Origin: Octopus bimaculoides
Lineage: Eukaryota
DNA length: 64,000 bases
Assembly (NCBI RefSeq): GCF_001194135.2
Contig: NC_068990.1
Span: forward strand, 70,959,031-71,023,030
Direction of reading: 5' to 3'
The notes under the pieces were generated by a model, which worked only from the letters and a program-made list of their open reading frames with translations, was not told where the DNA came from and searched no databases. Every line of letters begins with the position of its first letter. Within the stretch, counting starts at the first letter, position 1. Below are positions 34,811 to 48,475 of the stretch, one piece after another. Position numbers and translations under genes: made by a program.

Positions 34811-37800
34811 AGAAAAATCGTTTTTGAGAAAATATATTGTTTAAATCCAAATGAAAATAAAAATTACATGTTGACACTTGTTGGGTGTAGTACTATTACT
34901 TTGTAAAATTTGATTTGGTGGAGTCATTTGAGAATGCATAGGGAAGAAACAGACAGACAAAGAATTTTATATAGAGAGAGATTTGGGGAATCAATATTTT
35001 AAGGGTTTACCAAATGAGTGAATAATGGTGTTATTTAAGTAAAATGGTTTTGAATGTAAGTAGAGGTTTACTGTTGATTGAAGGAAACCTAGTATATTAG
35101 TGATATTAATTAAAAAAAAAATAGTGCAAAGGTATGAAATAGAAAATGGGTCAGACAAAGGAAATGTTTGTGAAACCTAACAACATTTGAGACTAAGAAT
35201 AGATAATGAGCATTGCTACAATCATACAATATATATCGGCCCCAAGAATAAAAGTTACAGAAAAGTGTCACAAGAAAAAAAATCATTCAAGTTCAATCAA
35301 TTGTAGAGATTGACATGTCTGTAGAAGTTTTAGTTAGTTCTTTGTGTTGAATTAAAGATGATTGATGTACACTTATGTGTAATGTTACTATCTAGAATAT
35401 CAGTTTGTCTAACTCTCTAAACACCATTGCCTGGTATTGGATATTTATCTAGCTCCTCGAACAAAATTGTCTGGAAAAAGTATTTATCTAGCTCCCTAAA
35501 CAGTTGTAAAAGCCCTAACTCTATTTAAAACTCTTGAGATCTGTGTATAGAAGATGAACATTCTCTCCTTAATTTAATAGAGAATATAGAATTTAGGACA
35601 AGAAAGACAAGCTAAACATGCACAAGCGAAATTCTTCTATCATTTATGGTATTTATATGAAATGTGATATTTTCTCTGTAATTTATTTCATAACCAAAAT
35701 TGTGACTTTTTTAAAAACTTTGACTTTATTTTCATTCCCAGACACATCAACTGCTGCTTTGTCAGGCATGATTGATTCTGGGTCATAAAATTAAAAAATC
35801 ATCACTGATAAGATCAGAAAATACTTGTTAAGACTCTTCCCTATCAAAAAAAAAAAAAAAAATCAGAAAATTGAGAGCATATGACAAATCACACCAAATG
35901 TCTAAGAAAAGGAAAGGAAAAATAAACTGGCAGAACCAGATTCCTGTAAAATGAACGTTATAAAATATTGGTTTCAAATTTTAGCACAAAGCCAGCAATT
36001 TTAGGGGAAGGGTAAGTCAATTACATTGGCCCACCCACTCAGTGTTCATGTGGTACGTTTTTCATTGACCCTGAAAGGATGAAAAGCAAAGTCGATCTCG
36101 GAGGAATTTGAGCTCAGGATGTAAAGGCAGACAAAATGCTGCTAAGCATTTTGCCCAGCATGCTAACAATTCTGTCAGCTCACTATCTTAATGTCATGAA
36201 ATATTGGTAGCATACAACATGATTGTAGAGATTGACATGTCTGTAGAAGTTTTAGTTAGTTCTTTGTGTTGTAGGATCAATTCCTGGTTTCCATTTTATC
36301 TTCCATTCTTTGGAGGGTGGTTAAAAAAAATCAGAAATATTTTTGGTATGTAAAATAATCCATGTAGAATGCACACAACATAGAACTACTGGTTGTTACA
36401 AATGAAAATCTCAAAGATTATCAGAAAGAATTACATGACATCCCTAAATTCAGTGGAATCAGTCATACTACATAAATTTATAGAGGGTTAATTTCTTAAT
36501 TTTCAAGAATACAGACAAATGTGCATCGTCTTAATTTTCCAAAAAAATGTCAGTGAAAGACAAAAGTAAGCACTTTTATAAATTAGTAGACCTCATGTAT
36601 TGTGGAAATCTTAATGCATACAAATAACATAATCACGCAACATTGTCAAGAATTGGTTTGGAACTAATTGTTAATTAGTTAATTATATTATCAATATATC
36701 AAAAGAATTTATGAATCTAGAAATTGTAAATTGAATTTCTTGGGATATATGTCGTCCTCTTATTTCCCACACAGTATTTGTTTTCATTTAAACAATGCCA
36801 TTGTTGCAATAAAAAAAAATAGATAACATTATTTAAATTAAAACATGAAAATGTAATAATAAACAGAAAATTAAAATCTGAAACATGAACCAGATAATAA
36901 AATTGGTTTTTAACTTCGGCACAAGTCATAATTTTGTCAAGAAGAGAAGGATGGAGTTGAATGAATTAATCCTGATACATAAATAGTTCTTACTTCATTG
37001 AGCCTCAAAAGACCAAAATTCATAGTCACTCACCATATAATATAAAACCAGAAGATTGATGCTAGGGTTAAACATCACAAAGCATTTACTCTGACTATAT
37101 TTAGGGTACTCCAAAACTCTCATCTATCCTAACCATCTGTTGAGGAATATGATAACACAATGAATGTCATAATGGTAATAGTGGTGAGGATGGGAGTAAT
37201 GTGATGGTGGTGGTGATCACACTGTAATAACACTTGTAGTTTTCATGGAGAATGGAGTAGTAGGAGGAACTAAAAGAAAAATCAAAATATATATAAAAAA
37301 TAACAACAGGAAGACTACATGAAGTCATATGTCTGTAAAACTTGAGACCATCTTGGCTAATACACCTTAGCAGTATATCTCTAAATTCCAGCTCTCTTAA
37401 CAAGTACAAAGAAATAATAGCAATGAAGGATTGGTTTGGTCTTTTAAGATTTATTTACTTCTGGATCAATGTTCTCAGAGTCTTAGTAATTTTGTTTATC
37501 TCATTGTACAAACTTCCCAAAAAGGTTATTGGATCTGTCTGTCTTTCTGCCTCTCTCTTTGTCTCTGTCTTTCTCTGTCTGTCTGTCTGTCTCTCTCTCT
37601 CTGCTTATAACTTTTAACAAAATTAAAACAAAAAAGAACGTATTTTTGTTACACTTCTCTGGAAAACAGGGAACCAGCACGGTTACTGCTAGAAACAACA
37701 GCTAAATCATTTTCAAATTACCTTCTTCTTTTAAAAAACAAAGAATGCATTGGACGATGCTGACCCTGATAGACCATAAAATGAGAATGCTTTTGGGCAT

Positions 37801-38205
37801 AGTTCTGCTTAACCAGGGTCAACTTGGAGTAAAACAACAACAGTGACAACAGCAATGAGAACAACAACAAAAACAACAGTAGCAACTATAGAATTGTTTT
37901 GCTACTCTCATCTACTTATGGAACACCTAATTACTAGATCAAATAACTATATGAAGTGATCCCCTCCTGGAAGCTTATTCCCATCTATCTTCCCCATCGT
38001 CAGCATAACAAAAGCTATATCAGGAAGATTTTGTCATGTTTTCCACACAAAACTTTGCTATGAAATTTACTCAAATATTTCACAACCTTTTTGTAATAGA
38101 TAATATGTATAATTTGTTTTATTACAAACTCAAGTCATCATAGCTAACTTTTTCTCTCTTTCTCTCTCTCTCATCTTTCCTTTGCTCCATCTCTCTCTCT
38201 TTCTC

Positions 38206-38238
<33 letters not shown>

Positions 38239-38918
38239 GTAGCTAGCTACCAAGCTGTTACCTTTCTAATATACTTCCCAAAACTTCTTACCCATACTCT
38301 CTTTCCCAACCCACCCCCACTCAATCTGTCTCACTCTGAGATTCAAATTCCTATATTCAATGAATCAGTTAAATAAATCCTCCATCATCTCTTCTAGAAA
38401 TGTATTTTACATTTACTTGCCATTTTTCACTGCCATGGCTTATTTTGTTGCAAAGAAATGCTAAAGATCAAAGAAACTTTGATAATGGCATTGGTGAAGA
38501 TTATGCTATTAAGAAGAATCACAATGAAAACACAAGGGAGTCCCTTTGTGGTCGATTATGATGCTGGAAATAGCAGCAAAATCCCCCTCCAACACAACCT
38601 GCATACACCACACACACACATACATTCACACATATTTCAGAGTTGTATTTGTCTAGCAAGTGACTTGACTGGAGATTGTATGTTAAAACTGGACCAACTA
38701 TATCTTGGATGAACCATTTAAATAACACAGAAAGCTATTAAATTCATTTTTAAATTCAAATTATTTTATCAAGAGTCAAAATTTTTGTTACATAACAACA
38801 ACTTGATCAATGGCACACACAGTTCCACTGCAACTCCGAAAATTAATGAAATTTGTTTTTTATTCCATACTTTTATTTTATTCCTTCTTACAATCTCATT
38901 TGTTGACTCCTATCCTAG

Positions 38919-38969
38919 AAAATTTTTCCTTCTCATGGAAGGAATACCAAAATTAATTAGAGCAATGTG
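38919..38969 (+). CDS. Candidate 51-nt internal exon (phase 2-2, KFFLLMEGIPKLIRAM), host gene unknown
   Basis: Pyrimidine-rich acceptor ending ctcctatcctag, donor GTG|gtaagt, only one of three frames open, frame-preserving. Confidence 0.45.
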
Positions 38970-39239
38970 GTAAGTAAATAAATCAATAAAAAGGAGTAAC
39001 AAGTAAGACTGTATTTTAATATTTATTACTTACTCATTAATAGATCAATAGATACTAAGCCAACTTTTTCTCTGTCCTCCACACTGTGTAGAGTGACTGA
39101 TTGCTTTAAGCAGAATATCACTGCTGCCATTGTACATGTACATAGCATTATTATTGGGACATCTGAGGTATAAACTGCATAACACATGCAGCAACATGTG
39201 GGAACTGTTTAAAGTGAGAAAGGAAGCTGATAATGGCAA

Positions 39240-39475
39240 TAGTGATGATGATGCTAACAATACCAATGCCAACAAGGATGATGGTGGTGGTGGTGGTGGT
39301 AGTGGCAGTGGTGACAACAAGGCAATGTTGGTGGTGGTAGCAGCAGTGATGATGATGATGATGATGATGATGACGATGATGATGATGATGACAATGGAGG
39401 TTGTGGTGATTGTGGTGGTGGTGGTAGTGATGATGATGACAATGGCCATGATGATGATAAGGATGATGATAGTTA
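39240..39475. repeat. (GAT/GGT)n compound trinucleotide microsatellite
   Basis: Direct reading. Confidence 0.95.
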
Positions 39476-40213
39476 ATAAATACACTTTGCATTTCCATGG
39501 TTCCATGTTCAAGCATACTGCACAGCACCTTGGTCAAATGTCTTTTCTTATAGCCTCAGTCAACTGCTTTTTAGAGAAACTTGGTAGATAAAAACTAAGT
39601 GTGTGTACATTTGTATGTATGCATGTAAGTATATATATATATGTCCTCACATTGTTGTTTTTTGTCTTTTTCCTTTTTTGAACCTATATATATATATATA
39701 TACACATATATATGTGTGTATATATATATGTATGTGTGTGCGTATATATATTCTTTCATTTGTTTCAGTCATTTGACTGCAGTCACCACCTTTAGTCGAA
39801 CAAGTCGACTCCAGGACTTATTCTTCGTGAGCCTAGTACTTATTCTATCGGTCTCTTTTGCCAAACCACTACTTACAGGGATGTAAAAGCACTAACATTG
39901 GTTGTCAAGCGATCGATGGTGGGGTGGGGGTGGGGGTACAAACACAGGCACACAAACATATACATATACACATATATATAAATACGACGGGCTACTTTCA
40001 GTTTCTGTCTACCAAATCCACTTACAAGGCTTTGGTCAGCCCGAGGCTATAGTAGAGGACAACTTTCAAGACTTGATGAGAATAGTGGGTAACACTTAGA
40101 AAATTTCTTGAAAGATGTAGAACAGAGAGATAGAGAATTTGCGACTGGTCAGCTAAAGAACCAGTGTAAGAAAGGAAGAGATAAAAGAAGAAAAAGAGAA
40201 ACTGGCCGCTGAT

Positions 40214-40274
<61 letters not shown>

Positions 40275-40324
40275 NNNNNNNNNNNNNNNNNNNNNNNNNN
40301 NNNNNNNNNNNNNNGTGTGTGTAT

Positions 40325-42200
40325 ATATATAAATATATATATATTTCTCACCACTTCATCCCATGTCTTCCGGAGTCTACCACTTCCAAAAATTCCCTCC
40401 ACAATTAGAGCTGTCTTCATCCATATGCATCACATGACCAAACCAGTGCAGTCTTCTCTCTTGCATACATCTGATGGCTCTTGTACACTATTTTCCTCTT
40501 AAATCATTTACATTTTGTCATGCATACACACAGACATTACCCATCCAGCTTCATTACCCATACTAGCTTCATTTCTTTCAAGCCCTCACAAGTCCTCTGT
40601 AGTCAAAGCCCATAGCTGTGCATACAGAGGCATCATGCAATTTGCCTTTCACTCTGAAGGAGAAGCCCTTATTTACCAACAAAGTTAGAACGAACCTCTC
40701 TAAACTTTGCCCAGCCTGTTCTTATTCTAGCAACTACACTTTCAGAACTACCTCTTCCACTGCTAACTTGGTCACCTAGGTAACAGAGGCTTTCTACTAC
40801 TTCTGATGATAACCCTAAGCATTTGAGGGAGTCTATTGTCTGCACATTATTTGTGCTTATTGTACCCACACATCTGCCACACACAAAGACTATTTTCTCT
40901 ATTAACCTTCCTGTGATACTGCTCCACCTCTTGTGTATCCAAAGCTAGCACTGGGTACAAAGTAAGGAGTTTTTACCAACACCCTTCTTACATATCAAGC
41001 AGCACCTTCTCTCTGAAGGGACTTGTGATTTGTCTGTTTTCCTACTTACTAGGGCTTTTATTTTTGCTAAATTAACTCTGACACTCTTTGATTCCAGACC
41101 TTGTTTCCATGCCTGAAATTTCTTCTCTAGGTCAGGTAGTGATTTGCCTGTAAGAACAAAGTTATCAGCATAGAGAAGCTTCCAGGAGCAGCCAGTCTTG
41201 AATTGCTCTATTAAGGCCTGGAGAACTAAAATAAATAAGAGGGAGCCGAGAACTGAACCTTGGTGAACTCCTACCTGTACACTGAATTCATTGCAATACT
41301 CGTTGCCAACCATCACTTTACTGGTAGCATCCTTGTACATGACTTGTACAACCCTCACCAACCACTTATCTATCCCTAGCTTCTGCACTGACCACCAGTT
41401 AAGGAGTGGGGGACCCTGTGAAAGGCTTTCTCCATGTCAACAAAAGCCAAGTACAGTTTTATTTTGTCTAAATACTTCTCCTGCAGTTGCCTAACCATGA
41501 ATATAACATCAGTTGTGCTTCTACCTGGCACAAACCCAAACTGCATCTCATCTACACTTAACTCTCTTCCTAATTAATTGAGATATGACCCTTTCTGTAA
41601 CTTTCATCACTTAGTCCAGCAATTTGATGCCTCTGTAGTTATTTCTGTCTCAGCATCACCTTTGCCTTAGTAGCAGCTGATTATAATGCTGCTACACTCA
41701 TCGTTGGGTATGACTCACTCATTGACAACCTGATTAGCTATACAGGTGACTAGGCCATATCCCACTCCACCAGATATTTTAAGTATCTCAGCAGTGAAAA
41801 TTAATGGGCCACAGGCTTTCCCTACCTTCATATCCTTAATTGATTTATCTACCAAGCTACTGTCAATTTGGATAGCTGGTCCCTCAGGTGGGTCTACATT
41901 TGGCAGACTCTCCTTCTCTGCATTTTCTACATTGCTCCCCAATCCTGTCCTCACTGACCTGCTTACTGTTTCATTGCTGTACAGTTGTCCCCCAACCTTT
42001 TCTAGACACCCACATTTCAACCGGTCACTGTATTCCCCACCTCCACACTCTTTGCACTCATGTGAAGTCCCTACTCCCTATTCATGCACTATTGGCAATA
42101 CTCTATCATCCCATTTATATTATAATCCTCATACCTTGAGGGTATGCCCTGGCACTTCACCACTATCTATCTCTACCATCCCATTTCTATTCTGACCCTC
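40325..42200 (-). mobile_element. RTE-clade LINE, 5'-truncated RT region, with stops and frameshifts
   Basis: GVHQGSVLGSLLFILVLQAL, KLLYADNFVL and ARIRTGWAKFRE. Confidence 0.92.
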
Positions 42201-42439
42201 ACCTTGACAGTGAAACCTGGTGCCATCTTCTGGCTTGCCTGTCACTGTCAAACAGTCCGACCTATGTCAGCATGGAAATGGATGTTAAATGATGATGAGG
42301 AGGAGGAATTCCAAGCTGTGTCTTCTTGCACATTAATAAATTTGTTTATATCCATTTGAATTTGAAGATGCATATAATTTTGTATACATCCCCATTATAT
42401 GTAATTGTGTGTGTGTAAAATTGTGAGAATGTGTATGAA

Positions 42440-44610
42440 GAAAATGAATGGGAGAAAGAGAGTCTGCAGGACCAGCTATCCTAATTGACAGTACTTTGGT
42501 AGATAAAGCAATTAAGAGTATGAAGACAGGGAAAGCCCCCGGCCCATCAGGAATCATCACAAAGATGCTTAAAATATCTGGCAGTCTCAGCTATAGTCTA
42601 GTCACCCATATAGTCAGTCAGGTGATACATAAAGGAGTCGTACACAATGACTGGTGTAGCAGCACCATACTCAACTGCTTCAAAGGGTAAAGGTGATGCA
42701 TTAGATACGAATAATTACAGAGGTATCAAGTTGTTGGATCAGGTAATGAAAGTAACAGAGAGGGTCATAGCCCAACTAATTAGGGTGAGAGTTAGTCTAG
42801 ATGAGATGCAGTTTGGGTTTGTGCCAGAGAAAAGCACCACCGATGCTATATTTCTGGTAAGACAGCTGCAGGAGAAATACCTAGCCAAAGATAAACCTCT
42901 GTACTTAGCTTTCATTGACATGGAGAAATCCTTTGACAGGGTCTCCCGATCCTTTATCTGGTGGTCAATGTGGAAACTAGGGATAAATGAATGGTTAGTG
43001 AGAGCTATACAAGCCATGTACAGGGATGCTGTCAGTAAGGTGAGGGTTGGCAACGAGTACAGTGAAGAATTTCAGGTATGGGTAGGGGTCCACTAAGGAT
43101 CAGTCCTCGGCTCCCTCTTATTCATCATAGTCCTCCAGGCAATAACAGAGGAATTCAAGACAGGTTTACTCTGGGAGCTCCTCTATGCTGATGACCTTGC
43201 TCTAATAGCTGAGTCACAATCAGAACTAGAGAAGAAGTCTCAGGTATGGAAGCAAGCTCTAAAATTGAAGGGCCTTAAAGTCAATCTAGTAAAAACCAAA
43301 GTCTTAATAAGTAGGAAGTCAGACAAACCACAAATCCCTTCAGGTAAATGGCCCTGCTCAATCTGTAAAAAAGGTGTTGGTAAAAACTCCATAAGATGTA
43401 CCCAGTGTAAGCTATGGACACATAAGAGGTGCAGCAATATCAAAGGAAGGATAACTGGGAAAATAGGTTTTGTGTGTGGCAAATGCTCAGGAGCAATAAT
43501 CAATGAAAATGTGCAGAAAACAGCTTCTGTCACATTCTAGGGGAAAAAAATACAAGTAGTTGATAGCTTCCATTACCTAGGTTACCAAGTCAGTAGCGGG
43601 GGTGGATGCTCTGAAAGTGTAGCTGCTAGAATATGAATAGCCTGGGCAAAGTTCAGAGAGTTCCTACCTCTGCTGATGACAAAGAGCCTCTTGCTCAGAG
43701 TAAAAGGTAGACTGTATGACGCATGTGTACGAACAGCTATGCTACATGTCAGTGAAGCATGGGTCATGACTGCTGAGGACATGCATAAGCTTGCAAGGAA
43801 TGAAGCCAGTATGCTCCGCTGGATGTGTAATCTCAGGGTGCGGACACGGCAGAGTGTAAGCGCCTTGAGAGAAAAGTTAGACTTAAGGAGCATCAGATGT
43901 GGTGTGCAAGAGAGACGACTGCACTGGTATGGTCATGTGGCAAGAATGGATAAGGATAGCTGTGTGAAAAAGTGTCACACCCGAGTAGTAGAGGGAATCT
44001 CTGGAGGAGGTAGATCCAGGAAAACCTGGGATGAGGTGGTGAAGCACGACCTTTGAACATTGGGCCTCACCGAGGCAATGACAAGCGAATGAGATCTTTG
44101 GAGATATGCTGTGCTTGAGAAGACCAAGCAAGCCAAGTGAGACCGTAACAGTGGCCTGTGCCAGTGCAGCATAACCAGCCCATTTAAGAGTACCCTTCAA
44201 TCATTGGGCAATAAACTGCACTTGTGAAAACCTGTTGAGGCAGTTGAAATTGTTGTCATGGCCAATGATAGTACCACCTGATTGGCACTTGTGCCAGTGG
44301 CACGTTAAAAGCACCATTTGAACATGATCTTTGCCAGTGCTGCCTGATTGGCTCCCATGCTGGTGGCATGTAAAAAGCACCATTCAAGCATGGTTGATGC
44401 CAGTACCACCTGACTGGCCCTTGTGCTAGTGGAACATAAAAAGCACCCACTACACTCATGGAGTGGTTGGCGTTAGGAAGGGCATCCAGCTGTAGAAACT
44501 TTGTCAGATCAGATTGGAGCCTGGTACAACCTCCTGGCTTGCCAGCCCTCAGTCAAACCATCCAACCCATGCCAGCATAGAAAGTGGACATTAAACGACA
44601 ATGAAGATGA
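42440..44610 (+). mobile_element. RTE-clade LINE, 5'-truncated RT region plus 3' UTR, with stops
   Basis: NNYRGIKLLDQVMKV, QFGFVPEKSTTDAIF, LAFIDMEKSFDRV, LLYADDL, RLHWYGHVARMD and a (GAT)n tail. Confidence 0.95.
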
Positions 44611-45599
44611 TGATAAACATATACTTCACTAAAGTAACAAAGGACACTAATCAGCTCCAGTATTGCTAGAAATAAGAGTCAAAACAACTTAACAGCCACA
44701 GAAAGCACTATTTTAATGACTGACATGAAGGCAAGCACCCTACAGCAGCCAATATAGCCAGATCATCGATGATTTCGCATTTTGATGCTTAAGCATCTTA
44801 ATGTTCATCAGTGGTTCTTACTGTGCCTAGGGTTAAACTCAGCTTGCCTTGTAAGTTTATAAGATTTCTGTTGAAATCATATACTGATTTCATAAGCAGT
44901 GAAAGTGAAAACTATAAATAATATGTGTGTCTAATTTCCAATTTTCCAACCTATAGGCAGAAATACATACATCACTAAAGCAGTATTGCTAGAAATAAGA
45001 GTCAAAACAACTCAACAGCCACAGAAATCACTATCTTAATGACTGACAAGGGAGGCAAACTCCCCTGCAGCAACAGATATAGCCAGCAAATTAGCCACCC
45101 ATAGATCAGAAATTTTGAAAATTAAAGGTGTCTATTTACTTCCTGCATGTCTGTGTATACACACACACACAAATGTTTATGTATATATGTATGTACATAT
45201 ACATATGTATGCATGTATACAATACTTGGTATACTTGTAAGCAGACATAATAAGATGATGATGATGATGGGGATGCAGTACATGAAACTTCCTTCCCACA
45301 CACACAAACATACACACATTCATATGCATGCTCACCTACACATGTAATAAAATTGTGTATTCAGGTCAAGGAAATAAAGTCTAACAACAATTAATGACAA
45401 GAATTCGTCTGTAAAAGTAATTACCCCACCTCCCCCTACAAGAATGGAGAGTTACTTATAAAAAAACTGGTGATATTGTCTCATCAAGTATTTTCCTCAT
45501 TCTCAATAGTACTTGACAGGATAAAATGAAGTTAACCAGTAAATTTACTTTACTCTTAAATCTCTGGACTACTACTACTACTACTACTACTACTACATC

Positions 45600-46432
45600 A
45601 CATAATTAAGATAAACAAAGTTATTTTTCAATCTAAAATATACTCTCCTTCATTTTCTACAATGCTCGTCTAGTAGACTTGCAAGGCTCCTCTTCCAAAA
45701 TTCACTTGTCCGTGACAAAAAATACTCCTCCAGTACTGTTCTAACCTTGTGTACAGAGTTCATACTTTTTCCGTCCAAATGATTTTGAAGACTGTAGAAT
45801 AAATGATAATCAGATGTAGTAATATCCAGCGAATATGGTGGGTGGGGCATTCAAACTGCTCCAGCCTTTGGAATGTCATCCTCACTGTATGTGGCCAAGC
45901 ATTATTCTGATGGAAAAACACCTTTCATCTTGAAACCAAAGGTGGTTGTTTTTCTTCTAGCGCTGACTTAAATGACTGGTTGAATGACCAAATCCAAGCT
46001 TTTCTGCTAGCTACTCAACAGTTACAATGGAATTTTGTTCCACCAGGATTTGCAGGATGAGCTCTACAGATCTTCCAGGACATGGCTCATCTTCTTGGCT
46101 GTAGTTTCTGGCTCAGAATTTCTGGAACCACCATTGACACTGGCTTACACTTATTGTCCAGTCCCCATATACTGCATTAATATTCCTCACACTTTCCATT
46201 GCATTGTTGCCTTTATTGAACTCATAAAGCAAAATATGCTGAATATGTTCCTTTGTCACTTCCATTATTAATTTGAAAAAATAAGTGTTAAAATCGAACT
46301 GCACTCTTCCAAATATGCACTAAGAATAGGCACTTTATAAACAAGTTGATGCAGGTTAGTTATCCTGTCCCCCTCCAACTTTTATTTTATGCAATTGAAA
46401 AAACACATTATTTATGGGATGACCCAATATAT
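45600..46432 (-). mobile_element. mariner (DD34D) transposon, internally rearranged
   Basis: MEVTKEHIQHILLYEFNKGNNA and PHPPYSLDITTSDYHLFYSLQNHL. The 5' TIR lies near 46405-46430. Confidence 0.88.
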
Positions 46433-46496
46433 ATCTATTCTTCAATATTCATCATCTGAAAAGCTTCAGTCTTTGCTTTCTTTCTGTTTACATGTA

Positions 46497-47440
46497 TACA
46501 TAGATGGTATCAAAAAGTTCCCAGGCTAGTTATGCTTAATAAAAAGTAACTTATTTACGTGAGTTTTAACATCATCTCCTTCAAAATAGTCACCTTGCAT
46601 AGCAATACACCAGTCCTAGCATTACTGGCACTTTTGGAATCTAGGCAGTAAGCCATTTTACGTAAGTGGGTCAAGGACGTTCTGTGATTTGCTCTGGATC
46701 TCAACAGTGGTGTTAAAATGGTGACCTTTGTGCTACCTTTTCATCTTGGGGAAGAGATGGTAGTCCACAGGTGCAAAATCTGGTGAATAGGGCCGGCATT
46801 GAAGTTATCTTGTTTTTGGTGAGAAACTCATGTTTTTGGCAAGAAACTCATGTTTTTGGCAAGAAACTCATGTTTTTGGCGAGAAACTCATGTTTTTGGC
46901 AAGAAACTCATGAGTGAGGAGAGCTCAGTGAGAGGGTGTATTGTCATCATGAAGAATCCAATTCTTCGTGTTCCACGGATCCAGTCACTTTTGTTGAATG
47001 TCCTCCCTCAAATGCTTCAAAACATAGCAGTACAACACTTGATTGATGGCCTGGCCCTGGGGGATGAATTCTTGATGTGCAATACTGTGGATGTCGAAAA
47101 CACGATGAACATGCTCTTGATTGAGCTGCAGCTCTGTCGTGCCTTCTTCAGTCATGGAGATGAAAGTTTTTTCCATTGTGATGACTGATGCTTCATCTCA
47201 GATTCGTACCCATAGACCCAACTCTTGTCACTGGTGATGATCCTCAACATGAAGGATGGGTCATCAGCAGCATGCTGATGGGGGTCTTGACAGATTTTGA
47301 TGCAATGTTCTTCTTGCTCAGTGGTCAGAGACACACTGCATGTTCAATTCACATGTCAGGATTGCCTGCACAAAACAATGTGACAGACCAACAACATCAG
47401 CAATATCATTGGTTTTCCTCCAAGAATCCTCATGCATAAG
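46497..47440 (-). mobile_element. mariner transposon (second family), decayed
   Basis: RIITSDKSWVYGYE and HQEFIPQGQAINQVLY. TIR-like ggtatcaaaaagttccc at the left end. Confidence 0.85.
46811..46910. repeat. 5 x 20-bp tandem repeat inside the mariner
   Basis: TGTTTTTGG(C/T)(A/G)AGAAACTCA x5 with no spacers. Confidence 0.95.
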
Positions 47441-47454
47441 GTGATGAATACATA

Positions 47455-47965
47455 CTTATATCATCATCATCATCATTGTTTAACGCCTGTTTCCTATGCC
47501 GGCATGGGTTGGACAGTTTGACTGGGGGCAGGCTCCAATCTGATCTGGCAAGGTTTCTACAGCTGGACACCCTTCCTAACACCAACCACTCCAAGAGTGT
47601 AATGGGTGCTTTTTATGTGCCACAGGCACAGAAGCCAGTCAGGCGGTACTGGCATTGGCCACAACTACAATTTTCATTCTGATTTCGATTTGATTGAGAT
47701 TCTGATTGTGATTTTAATTTTACTTGATTCAATAGGTCTCCTCAAGCACAGCATGTTGCCCGACAATTCAAAGGTACTTTTTAAATGAGCTGGTTATGCA
47801 ACATTGGTGTAGGCTACAGCTCTGATCTTGCCTTACTTGCTGAGTGTTCTCAATCACAGTATATCTCGAGAGATCTTGGTCCCTTATCATTACCTCTGTG
47901 AGGCCCGACGTTCAAATGTTATACTTTACCACCTCATCCCATGTCTTCCTGGATCTCCCTCTTCC
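47455..47965 (-). mobile_element. RTE 3' end fragment
   Basis: Reverse complement of the 44030-44600-type sequence. Confidence 0.8.
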
Positions 47966-47975
47966 ATGGGTCATG

Positions 47976-48025
<50 letters not shown>

Positions 48026-48264
48026 CATATGTATGTATATATACATACATATATATATATATATATATGTGTGTTTGTGTGTGCATATTCATACATATAT
48101 ATACATACATACTTATATATATATGCACACATATATATACATACATACATATATATGCACACATATATATACATACATACATATGCACACATATATATAC
48201 ATACATACATATATATGCACACATATATATACATACATACATATATATGCACACATATATATAC

Positions 48265-48314
<50 letters not shown>

Positions 48315-48475
48315 ATGTATGTATGTATGTATGTATGTATATGATATATATATAGATAGGTAGATAGATAGATAGATGATAGATAGATTGAGATACACAC
48401 ACACACACATATACATGCATATATATGTATATACATATATAATTATATACATACATAAACACACACACATATATA

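Noticed and set aside
37034-37136. Minus-strand 103-nt exon with good splice sites
   Set aside because: All three frames contain stops. It can only be non-coding and nothing else supports it.
38458-38712. 84-aa ORF or terminal exon candidate
   Set aside because: It overlaps a repeat segment (atgctggaaatagcagcaaaatc) shared with 6190 and 18185, two frames are open, and no homology was recognised.
39045-39591. Poly-His, poly-Met and poly-Ile ORFs
   Set aside because: These are translations of a (GAT/GGT)n microsatellite that is open in several frames on both strands.
46811-46910. CRISPR-like short repeat array
   Set aside because: There are no spacers, the unit derives from mariner coding sequence, and the context is eukaryotic.
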